DNA of 64,000 nt, taken from assembly GCA_963824385.1 (NCBI GenBank), contig CAWGPD010000001.1, positions 160,001 through 224,000 on the forward strand, written 5' to 3'. The position numbers were made by a program, and so were the translations under genes. Source of the DNA: an uncultured Nitrososphaerota archaeon. Its GTDB lineage: Archaea; Thermoproteota; Nitrososphaeria; Nitrososphaerales; Nitrosopumilaceae. This document shows positions 51,124 to 61,584 of this stretch, one piece after another. The notes beneath the pieces are model-generated. The model did not search any database and was not told where the DNA came from. It worked only from the letters and a program-made list of their open reading frames with translations. Every line of letters begins with the position of its first letter. Within the stretch, counting starts at the first letter, position 1.

Positions 51124-52008
51124 TTATGTCCTATTGTTCACAAACTTTTGGTTTGGATGATATGCTACACCTGCAAACTGTTGGTTTGGATGATATGCTA
51201 CACCTGCAAACTGTTGGTTTGGATGATATGCTACACCTGCAAACTGTTGGTTTGGATGATATGCTACACCTGCAAACTGTTGGTTTGGATGATATGCTAC
51301 ACCTGCAAACTGTTGGTTTGGATGATATGCTACACCTGCAAACTGTTGGTTTGGATGATATGCTACACCTGCAAACTGTTGGTTTGGATGATATGCTACA
51401 CCTGCAAACTGTCGGTGCATGTAGGATGTCATGTCTACAAATCTATGGTCTGTACGCAATGTCATGTCTACAAACTTTTGGTGCATATATGATGTCATGT
51501 CGACAAATCTATGAGGTCCAGAAGTTCCAGAGTATGGAGTAGGTGTTACAGAGTTATTCGGTGTCGAATATACTGGTGCTGAATTAACTGGTGTTGTGTA
51601 AGTATTGTCTGGTGTTGAGTTAACTGGTGTTGTGTTAGTATTGTCTGGTGCCGAATTAACTGGTGTTGTGTTAGTATTGTCTGGTGTTGAGTTAACTGGT
51701 GTTGTGTTAGTATTGTCTGGTGCCGAATTAACTGGTGTTGTGTTAGTATTGTCTGGTGTTGAACTTACAGATGTTGTGTTAGTATTGCTTGGTGCTGAGG
51801 ACGTAAAATTGTTTAATGTACCATTTGCTAACAATGATGTTGAATTGTTTAGCGTTGCATTTATTGGCAATGTGATTACAGATGTCCCATTGCTTTGAAC
51901 ATTGCTTACCTGGGCAAACGCACTGGTTGTTGCAAATGATGCAGTCATTACAACTCCAAGAATTGCCACTAGTGACAAGATTTGGAGTTTGTTTACGTTT
52001 GGGTTCAT
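51124..52008 (-). CDS. Secreted low-complexity repeat protein
   Basis: Signal peptide ending SAFA; N/T/S/P repeats; FVDMT x3; FAGVAYHPNQ x8. Confidence 0.85.
   Translation of the reverse strand: MNPNVNKLQILSLVAILGVVMTASFATTSAFAQVSNVQSNGTSVITLPINATLNNSTSLLANGTLNNFTSSAPSNTNTTSVSSTPDNTNTTPVNSAPDNTNTTPVNSTPDNTNTTPVNSAPDNTNTTPVNSTPDNTYTTPVNSAPVYSTPNNSVTPTPYSGTSGPHRFVDMTSYMHQKFVDMTLRTDHRFVDMTSYMHRQFAGVAYHPNQQFAGVAYHPNQQFAGVAYHPNQQFAGVAYHPNQQFAGVAYHPNQQFAGVAYHPNQQFAGVAYHPNQQFAGVAYHPNQKFVNNRT
51149..51412. repeat. Perfect 33-bp tandem repeat x8 (coding)
   Basis: TGGTTTGGATGATATGCTACACCTGCAAACTGT repeated with no spacers. Confidence 0.97.
51575..51796. repeat. 36-bp imperfect tandem repeat x~6 (coding, (A/T)PDNTNTTPVNS)
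   Basis: TTAACTGGTGTTGTGTTAGTATTGTCTGGTG core with alternating variants. Confidence 0.9.
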
Positions 52009-52236
52009 TTTCGACTTTCTTACGGCAATTAATTAATAAAGAATTACTTCACATTGTACACTAACAAAGTTCTCTAATAGTTAAAATATGACTTGACTGT
52101 TTTTTGGCAAATATTTCTATTCAAAGTAATGATCTAGTCACGTAAGATTGTCTAAATCAGAATCACACTTGCACACATAGTTTTTTCAAAGCATATTCTC
52201 AATGCTTATATCATTACCACCGAGATCAAAATAAAG

Positions 52237-52437
52237 ATGCATTTTAAGAAAATTCATCTTGTCTTGGCATTATTAATTCTAATACCCTCATTTGTAAACT
52301 TGGGAGTTCCTATTTACAATAGAGATTCTCCAGAATTATTTGGACTGTCATTTTTCTACTGGTTTCAGACATTTTGGTTATTTGCCTGCACCGGTTTCTA
52401 TTTTGCGTATGCTAAACTGATGGAGAAAAAAGTATGA
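52237..52437 (+). CDS. DUF3311 small membrane partner of the SSS transporter
   Basis: YNR-x2[13 protein letters not shown]; overlaps the symporter start (ATGA). Confidence 0.85.
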   Translation: MHFKKIHLVLALLILIPSFVNLGVPIYNRDSPELFGLSFFYWFQTFWLFACTGFYFAYAKLMEKKV

Positions 52438-53930
52438 TAAATTCTGACGTAATCCTAGTATTTGTTTCATTATTTATTGTCTTTATCGGATTAGGATTTT
52501 ACGGCAAGTACTGGAGAAAAGGGGATCTCAATCATGTACATGAGTGGTCTTTGGGTGGAAGAAGACTTGGAACAACGCTTGTCTTTTTCCTCATTGGAGC
52601 AGATTTGTATACAGCATATAGTTTTGTGGCAATCCCATCAGGAGTATTTGCAAAAGGTTCACTATACTTTTTTGCAATTCCTTATGTGATGTTAACTTTT
52701 GCAGTTGCACTAGTCACAATGCCAAAACTTTGGACACTCTCCAGAGAAAAGGGATACATCACAGCTTCAGATTTTGTAAAAGACAGGTTCAGTAGCAAAA
52801 CACTAGCCATAATGATTGCAATTACAGGAATTGTTGCAGAGCTTCCGTATATTGCATTACAGATAGTGGGAATGCAAGCAGTACTAACTGTAATGCTTGC
52901 AGGATATGCAAATTCTCAGATGGTTACAGAGATCTCACTTCTTATTGCTTTTGTAATTCTAGCAGCTTTTACATATTCAAGTGGATTGCGTGGTGCAACT
53001 CTGACTGCAATTTTCAAGGATATTTTAGTGTGGATAACAGTGATTGCAGTAATAATTGCAGTTCCAATAAGTATAGGAGGATTTGGAAATGCATTCAAGG
53101 CCTCCAAGGACAATTATGTTACACTACCAGATAATCTAGTTCCTGCATATGCAACCTTGATTTTAGGTAGTGCATTGGCGCTATACCTGTACCCCCATGC
53201 AATAACAGGAGTATTGAGTGCTCAAAGTGTCCAAAAGCTTCGCTCAAGTACAGCACTTTTACCTCTGTATGGAGTTGGATTGGCAATACTAGCATTGATG
53301 GGAATACTTGTGTATGCAGTTCCAGGAGCTATGCACTTTTTGTCAGGATTTCCTGAAAGTTCGCGTGGTATACTAGTTGTTCCTTCATTGATATTGTATT
53401 CATTACCAGGTTGGTTTTCAGGAATTGCACTGCTTGGAATTTTTGTTGCAGGTCTTGTACCTGCCGCAATCATGGCTATGGCACAAGCAAATCTCTTGAC
53501 TCGAAATATAATCAAAGAGATAAAACCAAATCTTTCAAGCAAATCTGAGATTAGAATAACAAAGATGTCATCAACTGTCTTCAAGTTCATAGCTCTTGCA
53601 TTTGTGTTTTCAGTTCCTGCAACATATGCAATATCATTGCAGTTACTTGGAGGCATACTAATTATTCAGATACTACCTGCAGTATTTTTTGGATTATATG
53701 TTAAATCACTTGGAAAGATTCCGGTGATTTTAGGTCTGATTGCCGGAATATTTTCTGGCATATACATGCTAGAGGCTGTAAATAGTTTCGGTCAATTGAC
53801 ATCATCGCTTTTTAAAACTACTTTTGGTCCAATATACATCGCAGTAATCGCACTTGCAATCAATCTGACAATATCATTTGTTGGCAGTGCAGTATTACGC
53901 AGACGTGCAATTAAAAATCAAACAGATTAA
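52434..53930 (+). CDS. Sodium:solute symporter (MctP-like)
   Basis: [28 protein letters not shown] and YLYPH motifs; many TM segments. Confidence 0.92.
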   Translation: MINSDVILVFVSLFIVFIGLGFYGKYWRKGDLNHVHEWSLGGRRLGTTLVFFLIGADLYTAYSFVAIPSGVFAKGSLYFFAIPYVMLTFAVALVTMPKLWTLSREKGYITASDFVKDRFSSKTLAIMIAITGIVAELPYIALQIVGMQAVLTVMLAGYANSQMVTEISLLIAFVILAAFTYSSGLRGATLTAIFKDILVWITVIAVIIAVPISIGGFGNAFKASKDNYVTLPDNLVPAYATLILGSALALYLYPHAITGVLSAQSVQKLRSSTALLPLYGVGLAILALMGILVYAVPGAMHFLSGFPESSRGILVVPSLILYSLPGWFSGIALLGIFVAGLVPAAIMAMAQANLLTRNIIKEIKPNLSSKSEIRITKMSSTVFKFIALAFVFSVPATYAISLQLLGGILIIQILPAVFFGLYVKSLGKIPVILGLIAGIFSGIYMLEAVNSFGQLTSSLFKTTFGPIYIAVIALAINLTISFVGSAVLRRRAIKNQTD

Positions 53931-53965
53931 TCAAAATATAATAAAAGATAGTAAGTGGTTTACGA

Positions 53966-54526
53966 CTACTCGTATTCCATCAGTTTCTTTTCTTCTAAGA
54001 GTGTGTGAAGATTGTGCACTGCACGATAAACTTCTGCTTCTTTTTTAGTTCCAGTACAGACTAGTTTTCCAGAAGCAAAGATAAGAACTACGGAGCGCGG
54101 ATCAAGCATTCTGTGTATAAGACCAGGAAATTGTTCTGGTTCATACATACTTCTTGGAAGACTTCTTGCTGCCTTTTCCAAGTGAACTTTACCGCCAAGA
54201 CTAACAGACGCCACAATATTTTGAATTGTAATTTCTGGATTCTTTTTTATTTTTATCTTGCCTTTTCTTAGTCTTTGTACTACAGTGTTTACTGCATTTA
54301 CCGCAGCTTCCTCAGATTTGGAACCAGTACAGACCATTTTGCCTGAGCTGAAGATCAATGTTGCAGTTTTTGGAGATTTTAATCTAAAAACTAGACCTGG
54401 GAATTGTTCAGGATGATATTCTACGTCTGGGAATTCTTTTGTGATTGCTACAAGATCAATTTTTTGGTCAACTGATGCAGAGGCTACTACGTTTACAATG
54501 TCAACAATCGGTTTTGTTTGAGGCAT
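53966..54526 (-). CDS. tbp: TATA-binding protein
   Basis: Two NVVAS/NIVAS...Y-x-PEQFPGL...LIF-x-SGK-x-VCTG repeats. Confidence 0.98.
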   Translation of the reverse strand: MPQTKPIVDIVNVVASASVDQKIDLVAITKEFPDVEYHPEQFPGLVFRLKSPKTATLIFSSGKMVCTGSKSEEAAVNAVNTVVQRLRKGKIKIKKNPEITIQNIVASVSLGGKVHLEKAARSLPRSMYEPEQFPGLIHRMLDPRSVVLIFASGKLVCTGTKKEAEVYRAVHNLHTLLEEKKLMEYE

Positions 54527-54742
54527 TTAAATAGAATATAAACTGGTACCATATATAACCAATTACATAGAAACCGTGACTGCAAAGGTAAAAGATCTTA
54601 CAGTATTATTTAAAATTAGAAAATTTACGATCTAAAATTTGATCGCAATTTTACAAATTAGAAAAAGATAACATACATTCAGAAAGTCAGCACAAAAATA
54701 TTTTCATGATATATATTTTGGTAAAAAATCAGCATCATTCAA

Positions 54743-55108
54743 ATGCATTCTGATGGAGATCATAGAAGATCTGAAGAGGACATACATTCAAAGACTGCAG
54801 AGATGTCTAAAATAAAAAAAGAGATTGAAACTGCAGATAGAATATTTTATGATGAACTTGCTAGCAAATATTTTCTGCTTGATAAATTTAGCCTAGAGCA
54901 GTTAAAGAATATGTGCAATACTCTGCTTGGCAAGGGTCCCGAGGTAGAATATTATGAAGATAGGCATACAAGTAAAATTACAGAACTTCCACAGTACAAA
55001 GAAGATTTCATTCATTTTATTATCGACGAATTCCAATATTTAGAAATCAAAGATTATGCTCTAAGAAAAAATATCCTTTCAAGTCATTTTTTTGATAACA
55101 GAAATTAA
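54743..55108 (+). CDS. Hypothetical protein
   Basis: 121-aa ORF. Confidence 0.6.
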   Translation: MHSDGDHRRSEEDIHSKTAEMSKIKKEIETADRIFYDELASKYFLLDKFSLEQLKNMCNTLLGKGPEVEYYEDRHTSKITELPQYKEDFIHFIIDEFQYLEIKDYALRKNILSSHFFDNRN

Positions 55109-55109
55109 G

Positions 55110-56543
55110 TTATTTTTTCAATATAGTCAAGTTGAGAAATACAGTCTTTGTCACATATCCATCAGATGCACTAATTCCAACAGTATAGTTTCCAGGAGAG
55201 ACACCTCCATCATGAATAGTCGCCAAGACTTGTTGATCATGTGAAAGATCTATCACATTAGATGCAAATCCTACTGTGAGATTGCCAAGTTCAGCAGTAG
55301 GAGTAATTGTGCTTGACGCGTTTAAAAAGACAGAATTTGGAGAATGTAAGCCGCCCTGAATTTCCAGGGTAATCATATCGTCAGTTTCATTGGAACTAAG
55401 AATAATCTGTTTTTTACTAGAAGAGATTTCAAATGGAATTGGGATATGCCCGTCTATCACTGCAACTTTATCAGTATTCCATTCAGAGAACCATAAAATT
55501 TTTTCATCTCGAGGGTCTTCTGATATGTTAAGTGGATAAGTGATATAACCTCCCGTAGGAATTGAAGGAATAGAGTATTCGGTTAATGTGTTATTTTCCA
55601 AGTCAAAACAGCCAATCTTATTTCCCTGATGTTCATTAAACCATAAAATTTTAGGATTTTCCGTACCACGAATCCAAAAAGGCAAGGTAGTAGTATGAAA
55701 AGTATTTTGAGATGTAGGATATCGAGTCATTTTTCCAGTATCAAGATCATATCTAGTAAGAAAACTTGTTCCATGTTCTGTAAGCCAGACAGAATTATTT
55801 TTTATTATTATATCAGTTGGTGTTGAAAACATAGAATAGTTATCCTTGGGAATATTTTGAAGTGCAGTTATATTTCCAACAAAATTATTTTCGCGAGTAA
55901 TATGATATTGTGAAATTTTCTGTGAATCAATGTTAGCTGTCCATATGAAATCATTTTGTAAAAATATACCAGCAGGAGTTGTGTTATTGCCAGTTTCAAA
56001 AGATGTGACTTTATAATCACCATCTGTAGATTTTTCTATTACACCAATTGTATCACCACGCAAAGTGGTAAACCAGATCTCCCCATTATTGCCAACTTTC
56101 ATCTGAAAAGGAGATCCTGATTCAGAATGAAATGAGTGAAATGTGTCATTTTCTGGATCTAACTGCCAGATTGTTCTAGTACCAAGTCCTGCAAACCATA
56201 TCTTCCCATCATGGTCTTGTACCATTGCCCACACCATTGTTAAATTTCCATGCTGTGTGTTAGGCAATGAGTTATCTTTAATCTCAAAATTGGAAATAGT
56301 TCCATTTTGTGGGTCTAGTGAGAGTAATTTTTCTGAATCAGAAGTTGTTACCCATACAATACCATTATTATCCACCAGTAAGGCATTTGGCTTTGTTCCT
56401 TCTGGTAGAGAATACTCTTTAACATATGGCCCATGCGTGTTTGTTATATTTTTTGAAAAATTACCATACTCCCAAACACCAAGTATAACAGACGTGATTG
56501 CAATTATTACCACAGTTGATACCAAGATTAGTTTGAGGTTCAA
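55110..56543 (-). CDS. Membrane-anchored Vgb-lyase-like beta-propeller protein
   Basis: N-terminal TM; repeated G-x-IWF/VW blades. Confidence 0.85.
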   Translation of the reverse strand: MNLKLILVSTVVIIAITSVILGVWEYGNFSKNITNTHGPYVKEYSLPEGTKPNALLVDNNGIVWVTTSDSEKLLSLDPQNGTISNFEIKDNSLPNTQHGNLTMVWAMVQDHDGKIWFAGLGTRTIWQLDPENDTFHSFHSESGSPFQMKVGNNGEIWFTTLRGDTIGVIEKSTDGDYKVTSFETGNNTTPAGIFLQNDFIWTANIDSQKISQYHITRENNFVGNITALQNIPKDNYSMFSTPTDIIIKNNSVWLTEHGTSFLTRYDLDTGKMTRYPTSQNTFHTTTLPFWIRGTENPKILWFNEHQGNKIGCFDLENNTLTEYSIPSIPTGGYITYPLNISEDPRDEKILWFSEWNTDKVAVIDGHIPIPFEISSSKKQIILSSNETDDMITLEIQGGLHSPNSVFLNASSTITPTAELGNLTVGFASNVIDLSHDQQVLATIHDGGVSPGNYTVGISASDGYVTKTVFLNLTILKK

Positions 56544-56634
56544 ATTACTCTGAATCTCTTGTGATAGTGTCTTTGCATATTAGTCTCTCGAAAATAGAGG
56601 CAATATAATATAGGAAATCAAAGTATGAGACTTT

Positions 56635-57150
56635 GTGAAGAAGCGATTCTATCTTTTTCTCCCAATCTATTTTAGCTTCTTTGTAGTTCTTGGAGTCTAC
56701 GAAGTAATCCATCCTCCGTTTAGTACAGATTCAACAAGGATTGGAAATTATGAGATAAAAATAGAAACTACACCGCCAGTTCCAGAGACAGGAAAAGATA
56801 CTCTAATTCACTTTCTAGTTCTTGATGAGAACGGAAGACCCGTTGATAATTTTAGGATGGGAATTCAGATTTTTTATAATGACAATTTAGAAAGTTCATT
56901 TCCACCTGCTGACCATAATGCAGGAAGATATGACTTGAATTACATATTTGGCGAATCTGGAAATCATGTAATCAGAGTTGATCTTTTTGATCTTAACAGT
57001 GACCAGGTGTTATCACATGCATTCAATGTTGGCGTGTTAAACTTTTACATGAACGTGTTCATCTATCTAGTAATAGCAGGAGTAGCAGGAGCTGCAGGCA
57101 TCGTTATTGCAATAATAATTTATCAGAGAAAAATTAGTAAGACAAGGTAA
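56635..57150 (+). CDS. Membrane protein with extracellular Ig-like domain
   Basis: N- and C-terminal TM helices; PP-x-P..G and F-x2-SG-x-H pattern. Confidence 0.65.
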   Translation: MKKRFYLFLPIYFSFFVVLGVYEVIHPPFSTDSTRIGNYEIKIETTPPVPETGKDTLIHFLVLDENGRPVDNFRMGIQIFYNDNLESSFPPADHNAGRYDLNYIFGESGNHVIRVDLFDLNSDQVLSHAFNVGVLNFYMNVFIYLVIAGVAGAAGIVIAIIIYQRKISKTR

Positions 57151-57291
57151 AAGATGTGTGGCATGGCCCTATTGACAGAATGCTTGGAGATTACCTCCGT
57201 TGAATCAGACGCCATTGCGTGGATTCGTGTAAGATTTCTGCCGGACCATGCATCGTCAAGCCATTGATGACTTTACGATCACAGCCATCTT
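57151..57291 (-). ncRNA. Candidate structured ncRNA of unknown family
   Basis: Six nested helices, G-U wobbles only on the minus strand, TATA-like TTAAATAA at 57310-03. Confidence 0.65.
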
Positions 57292-57382
57292 ATCATTACA
57301 AGTTATTTAAGAACGTGTATCAACAAACACACAAACCTACAATATAAATAAAAATCAGATCACAGAGTTTTTTTAAGAATAA

Positions 57383-57577
57383 TTATTCAAGCAGGTTCCA
57401 GAATCTAGAATAACGAAATAGTCCTACCCAGCCAGATATGAAACACGCAAGAGACAAACAAAATAACAGGTAAAAGCCCCTCTTGCTTTTTGCAATATCA
57501 AGGTCTAAGAAGATAAATGTGCCCATTCCTATTAAACCAAAAAAAAGTATCAGTCGGCCTAATCTTTTTAGATTCAA
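57383..57577 (-). CDS. Small two-TM membrane protein
   Basis: Two hydrophobic helices. Confidence 0.5.
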   Translation of the reverse strand: MNLKRLGRLILFFGLIGMGTFIFLDLDIAKSKRGFYLLFCLSLACFISGWVGLFRYSRFWNLLE

Positions 57578-57669
57578 TTATTGACACAACCAAGACGGCC
57601 AGATATAAAACAGATCTAGTGGTATAATTTCCCAGTCAAGATGAATTTTTCAAATCACTGGTGAGAAGA

Positions 57670-58137
57670 TCATACCAGTCCGCATTTTTCATAATACTGT
57701 TGGTGATAATCTTCTGCCTTGTAAAATTCTGTTGCTGGAACTATCTCAGTTACAATTTTTTTGCCATATTTTCCAGATTTTTCAAGTTCATCTCTTGACT
57801 GTCGTGCCTCTCTTTCCTGTTCAGGAGTGTGGAAAAAGATTGCAGACCTGTATTGCTTTCCAACATCTGGTCCTTGTCTGTTCAGTGTAGTAGGATCATG
57901 GTTATTCCAAAATATATCTAAAAGTTTACCATATGATATAATCGAGGAGTCATATTCTACTTGGATAACTTCTGCATGCCCTGTTGTATCAGTACAGACA
58001 TCCTCATAAGTGGGATTTTTAAGATGGCCTCCCATGTAACCTACACTTGTAGATATTACGCCATTTTTTCTAAAGTCATTTTCAATACACCAAAAACATC
58101 CTGCGCCAAATGTAGCTTTCAACATATATGATATCAT
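57670..58137 (-). CDS. msrA: Peptide methionine sulfoxide reductase A
   Basis: GAGCFWC, GHAEV, RQGPDVG-x-QYRS and AEDYHQQY motifs. Confidence 0.97.
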   Translation of the reverse strand: MISYMLKATFGAGCFWCIENDFRKNGVISTSVGYMGGHLKNPTYEDVCTDTTGHAEVIQVEYDSSIISYGKLLDIFWNNHDPTTLNRQGPDVGKQYRSAIFFHTPEQEREARQSRDELEKSGKYGKKIVTEIVPATEFYKAEDYHQQYYEKCGLV

Positions 58138-58154
58138 CTGACTTGAATTAAATT

Positions 58155-59396
58155 CTATCGCGAAAACAGATAAAGTGATTGGGCAACATCTTGATCAGAT
58201 ACAGTACCATTAGCCCACGAACACATCAATGTCTTGTCAGGGACTTGGCCTGAAATTTCAGATTCACCCTGAACAATCATCATATTATTAGAAACTAGAT
58301 AATTCACAAGTGAACTTAATTGGCTATCATCGACATACCCGTTACACCAAAATCCTACCGTTTTCTTAATCCATGATGGTATCTTATCCTGACCTACTAC
58401 TACATCAATTACAAATGATTTGATTATAGAATTTCCATTTTGATCCTTAGCAGCACATGTTACTGTTGTTGTACCTGTAGGGAAAAAAGAGCCAGACGGA
58501 GGAGAACAGATTGGAGACTGCAAGCCAGACAATATAGTAGAATTTAGATAATTTACACTAGTTCCAGCAGAATTTGGCGCATAAAAAACCAGTGACGGAG
58601 CAGATGAATATGGGGCAGCATTTGTGTTTGAGTTCATGTTGGTACTGCCATAAGAGCCAGTTACAGATTGCCCAGAAGAACCTCCCACTGTAACAAAAAC
58701 ACTTGAGGGGTTAGACGGGTCATCGAATCTAAATTCCAATGTCGAGCCTTCATACACGGGAGCTCCGGCAATTTCTGTTGGTATCTTGACAGTTACTGCA
58801 AATGTATCAGTATTTGGACCAGTCTCTCTTAATGTATATGGATTTGCCTGAAATATTGGATCTGCCAATGTAGTCTGGGCTCCACCCATGTGAACTTCAA
58901 CCATATTTAGCGGAATGTCATCAGGTGTTTGAGAATCAAGATTATAATTTGGAGCATAGATACTTAGTGTGAAATAGTGACCAATCATAACATTTGAAGA
59001 TGAGCCTGATACAGGACTAGAAACAATATTTGTAAGAACTACAGATTGAGTAAGTGTAGTTGGATTTCCAGAATAGTCTGCTTTCTCGTGATATGTCATA
59101 ACTACAACGTCTCCACCTTGCAAAGGTTCTCCGTTAACAGAGTCTGGCAATGTCAGTTGAATTTGAAAAGTACCAGTATCTATTCCAGTTTCCACCATGG
59201 CAGCAGGTCCAGGGACAGAGACTCCGTTTATTGTAAAATCAACCAGGCCTGCTGTTGGTATAGTCATTACTGCACGATGTTCAGTTGAGAGATTCAAATC
59301 TGTGATATAAAAAGTCAGAATTGTACCAGGTGTTGCAGACTGTGCATAGCACAGAGATAACGGCAACAAAAGTAAAATAAGAAAAAGCCTTTTCAC
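58155..59396 (-). CDS. Secreted protein with HYR-like domain and IPSWIK C-terminal module
   Basis: Signal peptide; ETG-x-NT repeats; [18 protein letters not shown]; IPSWIKK. Confidence 0.8.
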   Translation of the reverse strand: MKRLFLILLLLPLSLCYAQSATPGTILTFYITDLNLSTEHRAVMTIPTAGLVDFTINGVSVPGPAAMVETGIDTGTFQIQLTLPDSVNGEPLQGGDVVVMTYHEKADYSGNPTTLTQSVVLTNIVSSPVSGSSSNVMIGHYFTLSIYAPNYNLDSQTPDDIPLNMVEVHMGGAQTTLADPIFQANPYTLRETGPNTDTFAVTVKIPTEIAGAPVYEGSTLEFRFDDPSNPSSVFVTVGGSSGQSVTGSYGSTNMNSNTNAAPYSSAPSLVFYAPNSAGTSVNYLNSTILSGLQSPICSPPSGSFFPTGTTTVTCAAKDQNGNSIIKSFVIDVVVGQDKIPSWIKKTVGFWCNGYVDDSQLSSLVNYLVSNNMMIVQGESEISGQVPDKTLMCSWANGTVSDQDVAQSLYLFSR

Positions 59397-59866
59397 GTCG
59401 TATCTTGCCCAGATGATTTTAGTTCGTTTATCATAGCATCAGAGTTTTGAATCATGGTTGCTAGAATTTTTTTAGTTGAATCAAGTTGGTCTGCAGATAT
59501 TCCTCTGAAGAGCATTTTTCGCAATTGGAGAACAATCAATATTATGGAATCCACAGTTGACTCGGATTTTTTAGTAAGAAAAACTCTGTTCATTCTTCGA
59601 TCTTTTGGATCTGCCCTTCTTTCCACCAATCCATTTTTTTCCATCTTATCTATCACTGGAACAAGTGTACTTCCATCTACATAGATTTTGTCTGCAAGTT
59701 CCTTTTGGGTAAGGCCGTCTGTGATATTTAACGCAAGTATAACCTTCCAGTGAGCAGGTGTCAGTCCAAGTTGTTTTTTGATCTCAAGCTCTGCCAACCT
59801 TTCTTGTGATTTTGAGGCAAGCACGATTAGCATGCCTATACTATCGTTGAGGTCCAATTTACGCAT
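59393..59866 (-). CDS. MarR family regulator
   Basis: LTQKELA, IDKMEKNGLVER and DRR motifs; probable ATG at 59866. Confidence 0.93.
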   Translation of the reverse strand: MRKLDLNDSIGMLIVLASKSQERLAELEIKKQLGLTPAHWKVILALNITDGLTQKELADKIYVDGSTLVPVIDKMEKNGLVERRADPKDRRMNRVFLTKKSESTVDSIILIVLQLRKMLFRGISADQLDSTKKILATMIQNSDAMINELKSSGQDTT

Positions 59867-59867
59867 A

Positions 59868-59911
59868 ATGTATAATACATTCACTGGTATACAAATGATT
59901 GGTATACCAAT
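59868..59911. promoter_or_regulatory. Palindromic operator(s) upstream of marR
   Basis: Perfect ATTGGTATACCAAT (59898-911), a degenerate copy at about 59885, and ATGTAT-A-ATACAT (59868-80). Confidence 0.6.
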
Positions 59912-60113
59912 AGTTATATACAATCAAGTCAATATTATGTTATGTCTCCACAAGGTAAGACATCATCATCAAGTATACCCACACTTGTAGTCATATCTTC
60001 AGGTACTGCATTAGTCACCCACAACGCACCATTTTCGATAGCGCCAACACCATTTGTTCAAAATGCTCATGCTGCTTACGATTACATCCAAATTTCAACT
60101 GGAGTGTCAAGTC

Positions 60114-60656
60114 ATGCCTAAATCTAATTTAAAATCTTCAATTGGTTTTTTCTTTATCGCCATTCTAGTTATCGGAGTATTTTCATTCATACCGCCATCT
60201 TATGCTGACCGAGAAATTACATTGCAAAAGGTTTCTAATGTAAACGAGTCATCACTGCTTAATGCATTATCTAACGTGTCAGAATATCCACAAATATTTC
60301 CTGACAATGTAAAATCTGTAAAGATATTAGACAATAACACAAAACTTGTTGAGATGAATGCAGGCATAAATGGCATATTTTTTGACACAGAAGCAATATG
60401 CACAGTTGACGCAAATGGAAATTACGTCGTCCAAGTAGTTTCAGGTGACCTCAATGGAACTGTAATGACTACCAGCCTAGAGCCGACATGGGGATTTCAA
60501 GGTCAAAAAGATGGGGCAACAATTTCAAACATAAATTTGGATATAAAGACAACAGGAATTCTCTCATGGATGCTTAATTTTATTCCAGACAGTACAGTGT
60601 CAAATGCCCTTGGATATAGCTTTGACAAGTTCATTGAATATATCCAGACAACATAA
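60114..60656 (+). CDS. Secreted START/SRPBCC-fold protein
   Basis: Signal peptide; NVSEYPQIFP-x2-VKSV pattern. Confidence 0.65.
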   Translation: MPKSNLKSSIGFFFIAILVIGVFSFIPPSYADREITLQKVSNVNESSLLNALSNVSEYPQIFPDNVKSVKILDNNTKLVEMNAGINGIFFDTEAICTVDANGNYVVQVVSGDLNGTVMTTSLEPTWGFQGQKDGATISNINLDIKTTGILSWMLNFIPDSTVSNALGYSFDKFIEYIQTT

Positions 60657-60693
60657 TTTTTATTTTATAAAATAAAATTTAAAATTGTTTATA

Positions 60694-61188
60694 TTATTTT
60701 AAAAATTTTGGTTTTAGTTTTAGGTTGTTTTTTAAGAGTTCAAGTGCAATTGTTTTATTGTTTAACGCCAAATCAAACTTTTTATCTATCTTTAATGCAG
60801 CGTTAAAACATTTTATTGCATCCTTTAGAAGACCAAGTTCTCCAAGAGACAGGCCCTTGTATGCTATTGCTAATGCATATTTTGGCTGGATCTTTAATGC
60901 TTTATCATAGCAATCAATTGCATCATGATATTTTCCAAGCGTATGTAATGCAGAACCCTTGTTTACCAAAGCATCCATGTTTTTCTTTTCAATTTCAAGT
61001 GCCTGGTCATAACACTTGACTGCCTTAGCATGCTTGTTAAGAATCTGGAGTGTAACGCCCTTGTTTATCAGAGCGGTAATATTTTTTGGATCCTTGAATA
61101 GTATAAGATCATAATACTCTAGTGCAAGAGTGTATTTGCCCTCTTCGCATAATTCGTATGCCTCATCAAGAAGGGACGAATTTTTCAT
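60694..61188 (-). CDS. TPR repeat protein
   Basis: Four AL-x-NKG...A-x2-CYD-x-AL-x-I repeats. Confidence 0.92.
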   Translation of the reverse strand: MKNSSLLDEAYELCEEGKYTLALEYYDLILFKDPKNITALINKGVTLQILNKHAKAVKCYDQALEIEKKNMDALVNKGSALHTLGKYHDAIDCYDKALKIQPKYALAIAYKGLSLGELGLLKDAIKCFNAALKIDKKFDLALNNKTIALELLKNNLKLKPKFLK

Positions 61189-61316
61189 CGTTTAAAGTTA
61201 AAGATCTACAGATATTATTCTTTTAGAAGATGTCATACTAGAGCATATCAAATCAGATTATCAGAACTGATAACCAATATAGTGCATATATTTATCGAGA
61301 TCGGCGAATATATAAT

Positions 61317-61481
61317 TTGGAGACCCCAAAATGTGAAAATTGTGGCAAGACATTGGAAGATTCTCAGTGCACACATTGCTCTGACAAGTGCCTGTTTGAT
61401 TCAATCAAGAATAGCCAACCTTTTACAGAAGAAGATACGCATGGTAATTCAAGTACAACTAACAATACAAAATATTTGTAG
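61317..61481 (+). CDS. 54-aa zinc-binding micro-protein (not in ORF track)
   Basis: TTG-start METPKCENCGKTLEDSQCTHCSDKCLF...; TATA-like box about 25 nt upstream. Confidence 0.55.
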   Translation: METPKCENCGKTLEDSQCTHCSDKCLFDSIKNSQPFTEEDTHGNSSTTNNTKYL

Positions 61482-61584
61482 ATCACATGTGTGCATTACA
61501 TGAAATACGTTAAATCTCTCGACTAGAAAATTAAGAAGGTCTAATTCACAACAGTCTTTAACAGCATTTTCTTGCGAGATTCTA

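Noticed and set aside
51149..51412. 33-bp repeat array as a CRISPR
   Set aside because: Units are contiguous with no unique spacers, the length is a multiple of 3 inside a signal-peptide ORF, and no cas genes are present
49491..52008. SagB-like oxidase plus repeat protein as an azole-RiPP cluster
   Set aside because: The genes are convergent, there is no YcaO or peptidase nearby, and the main repeat has no Cys/Ser/Thr to cyclise
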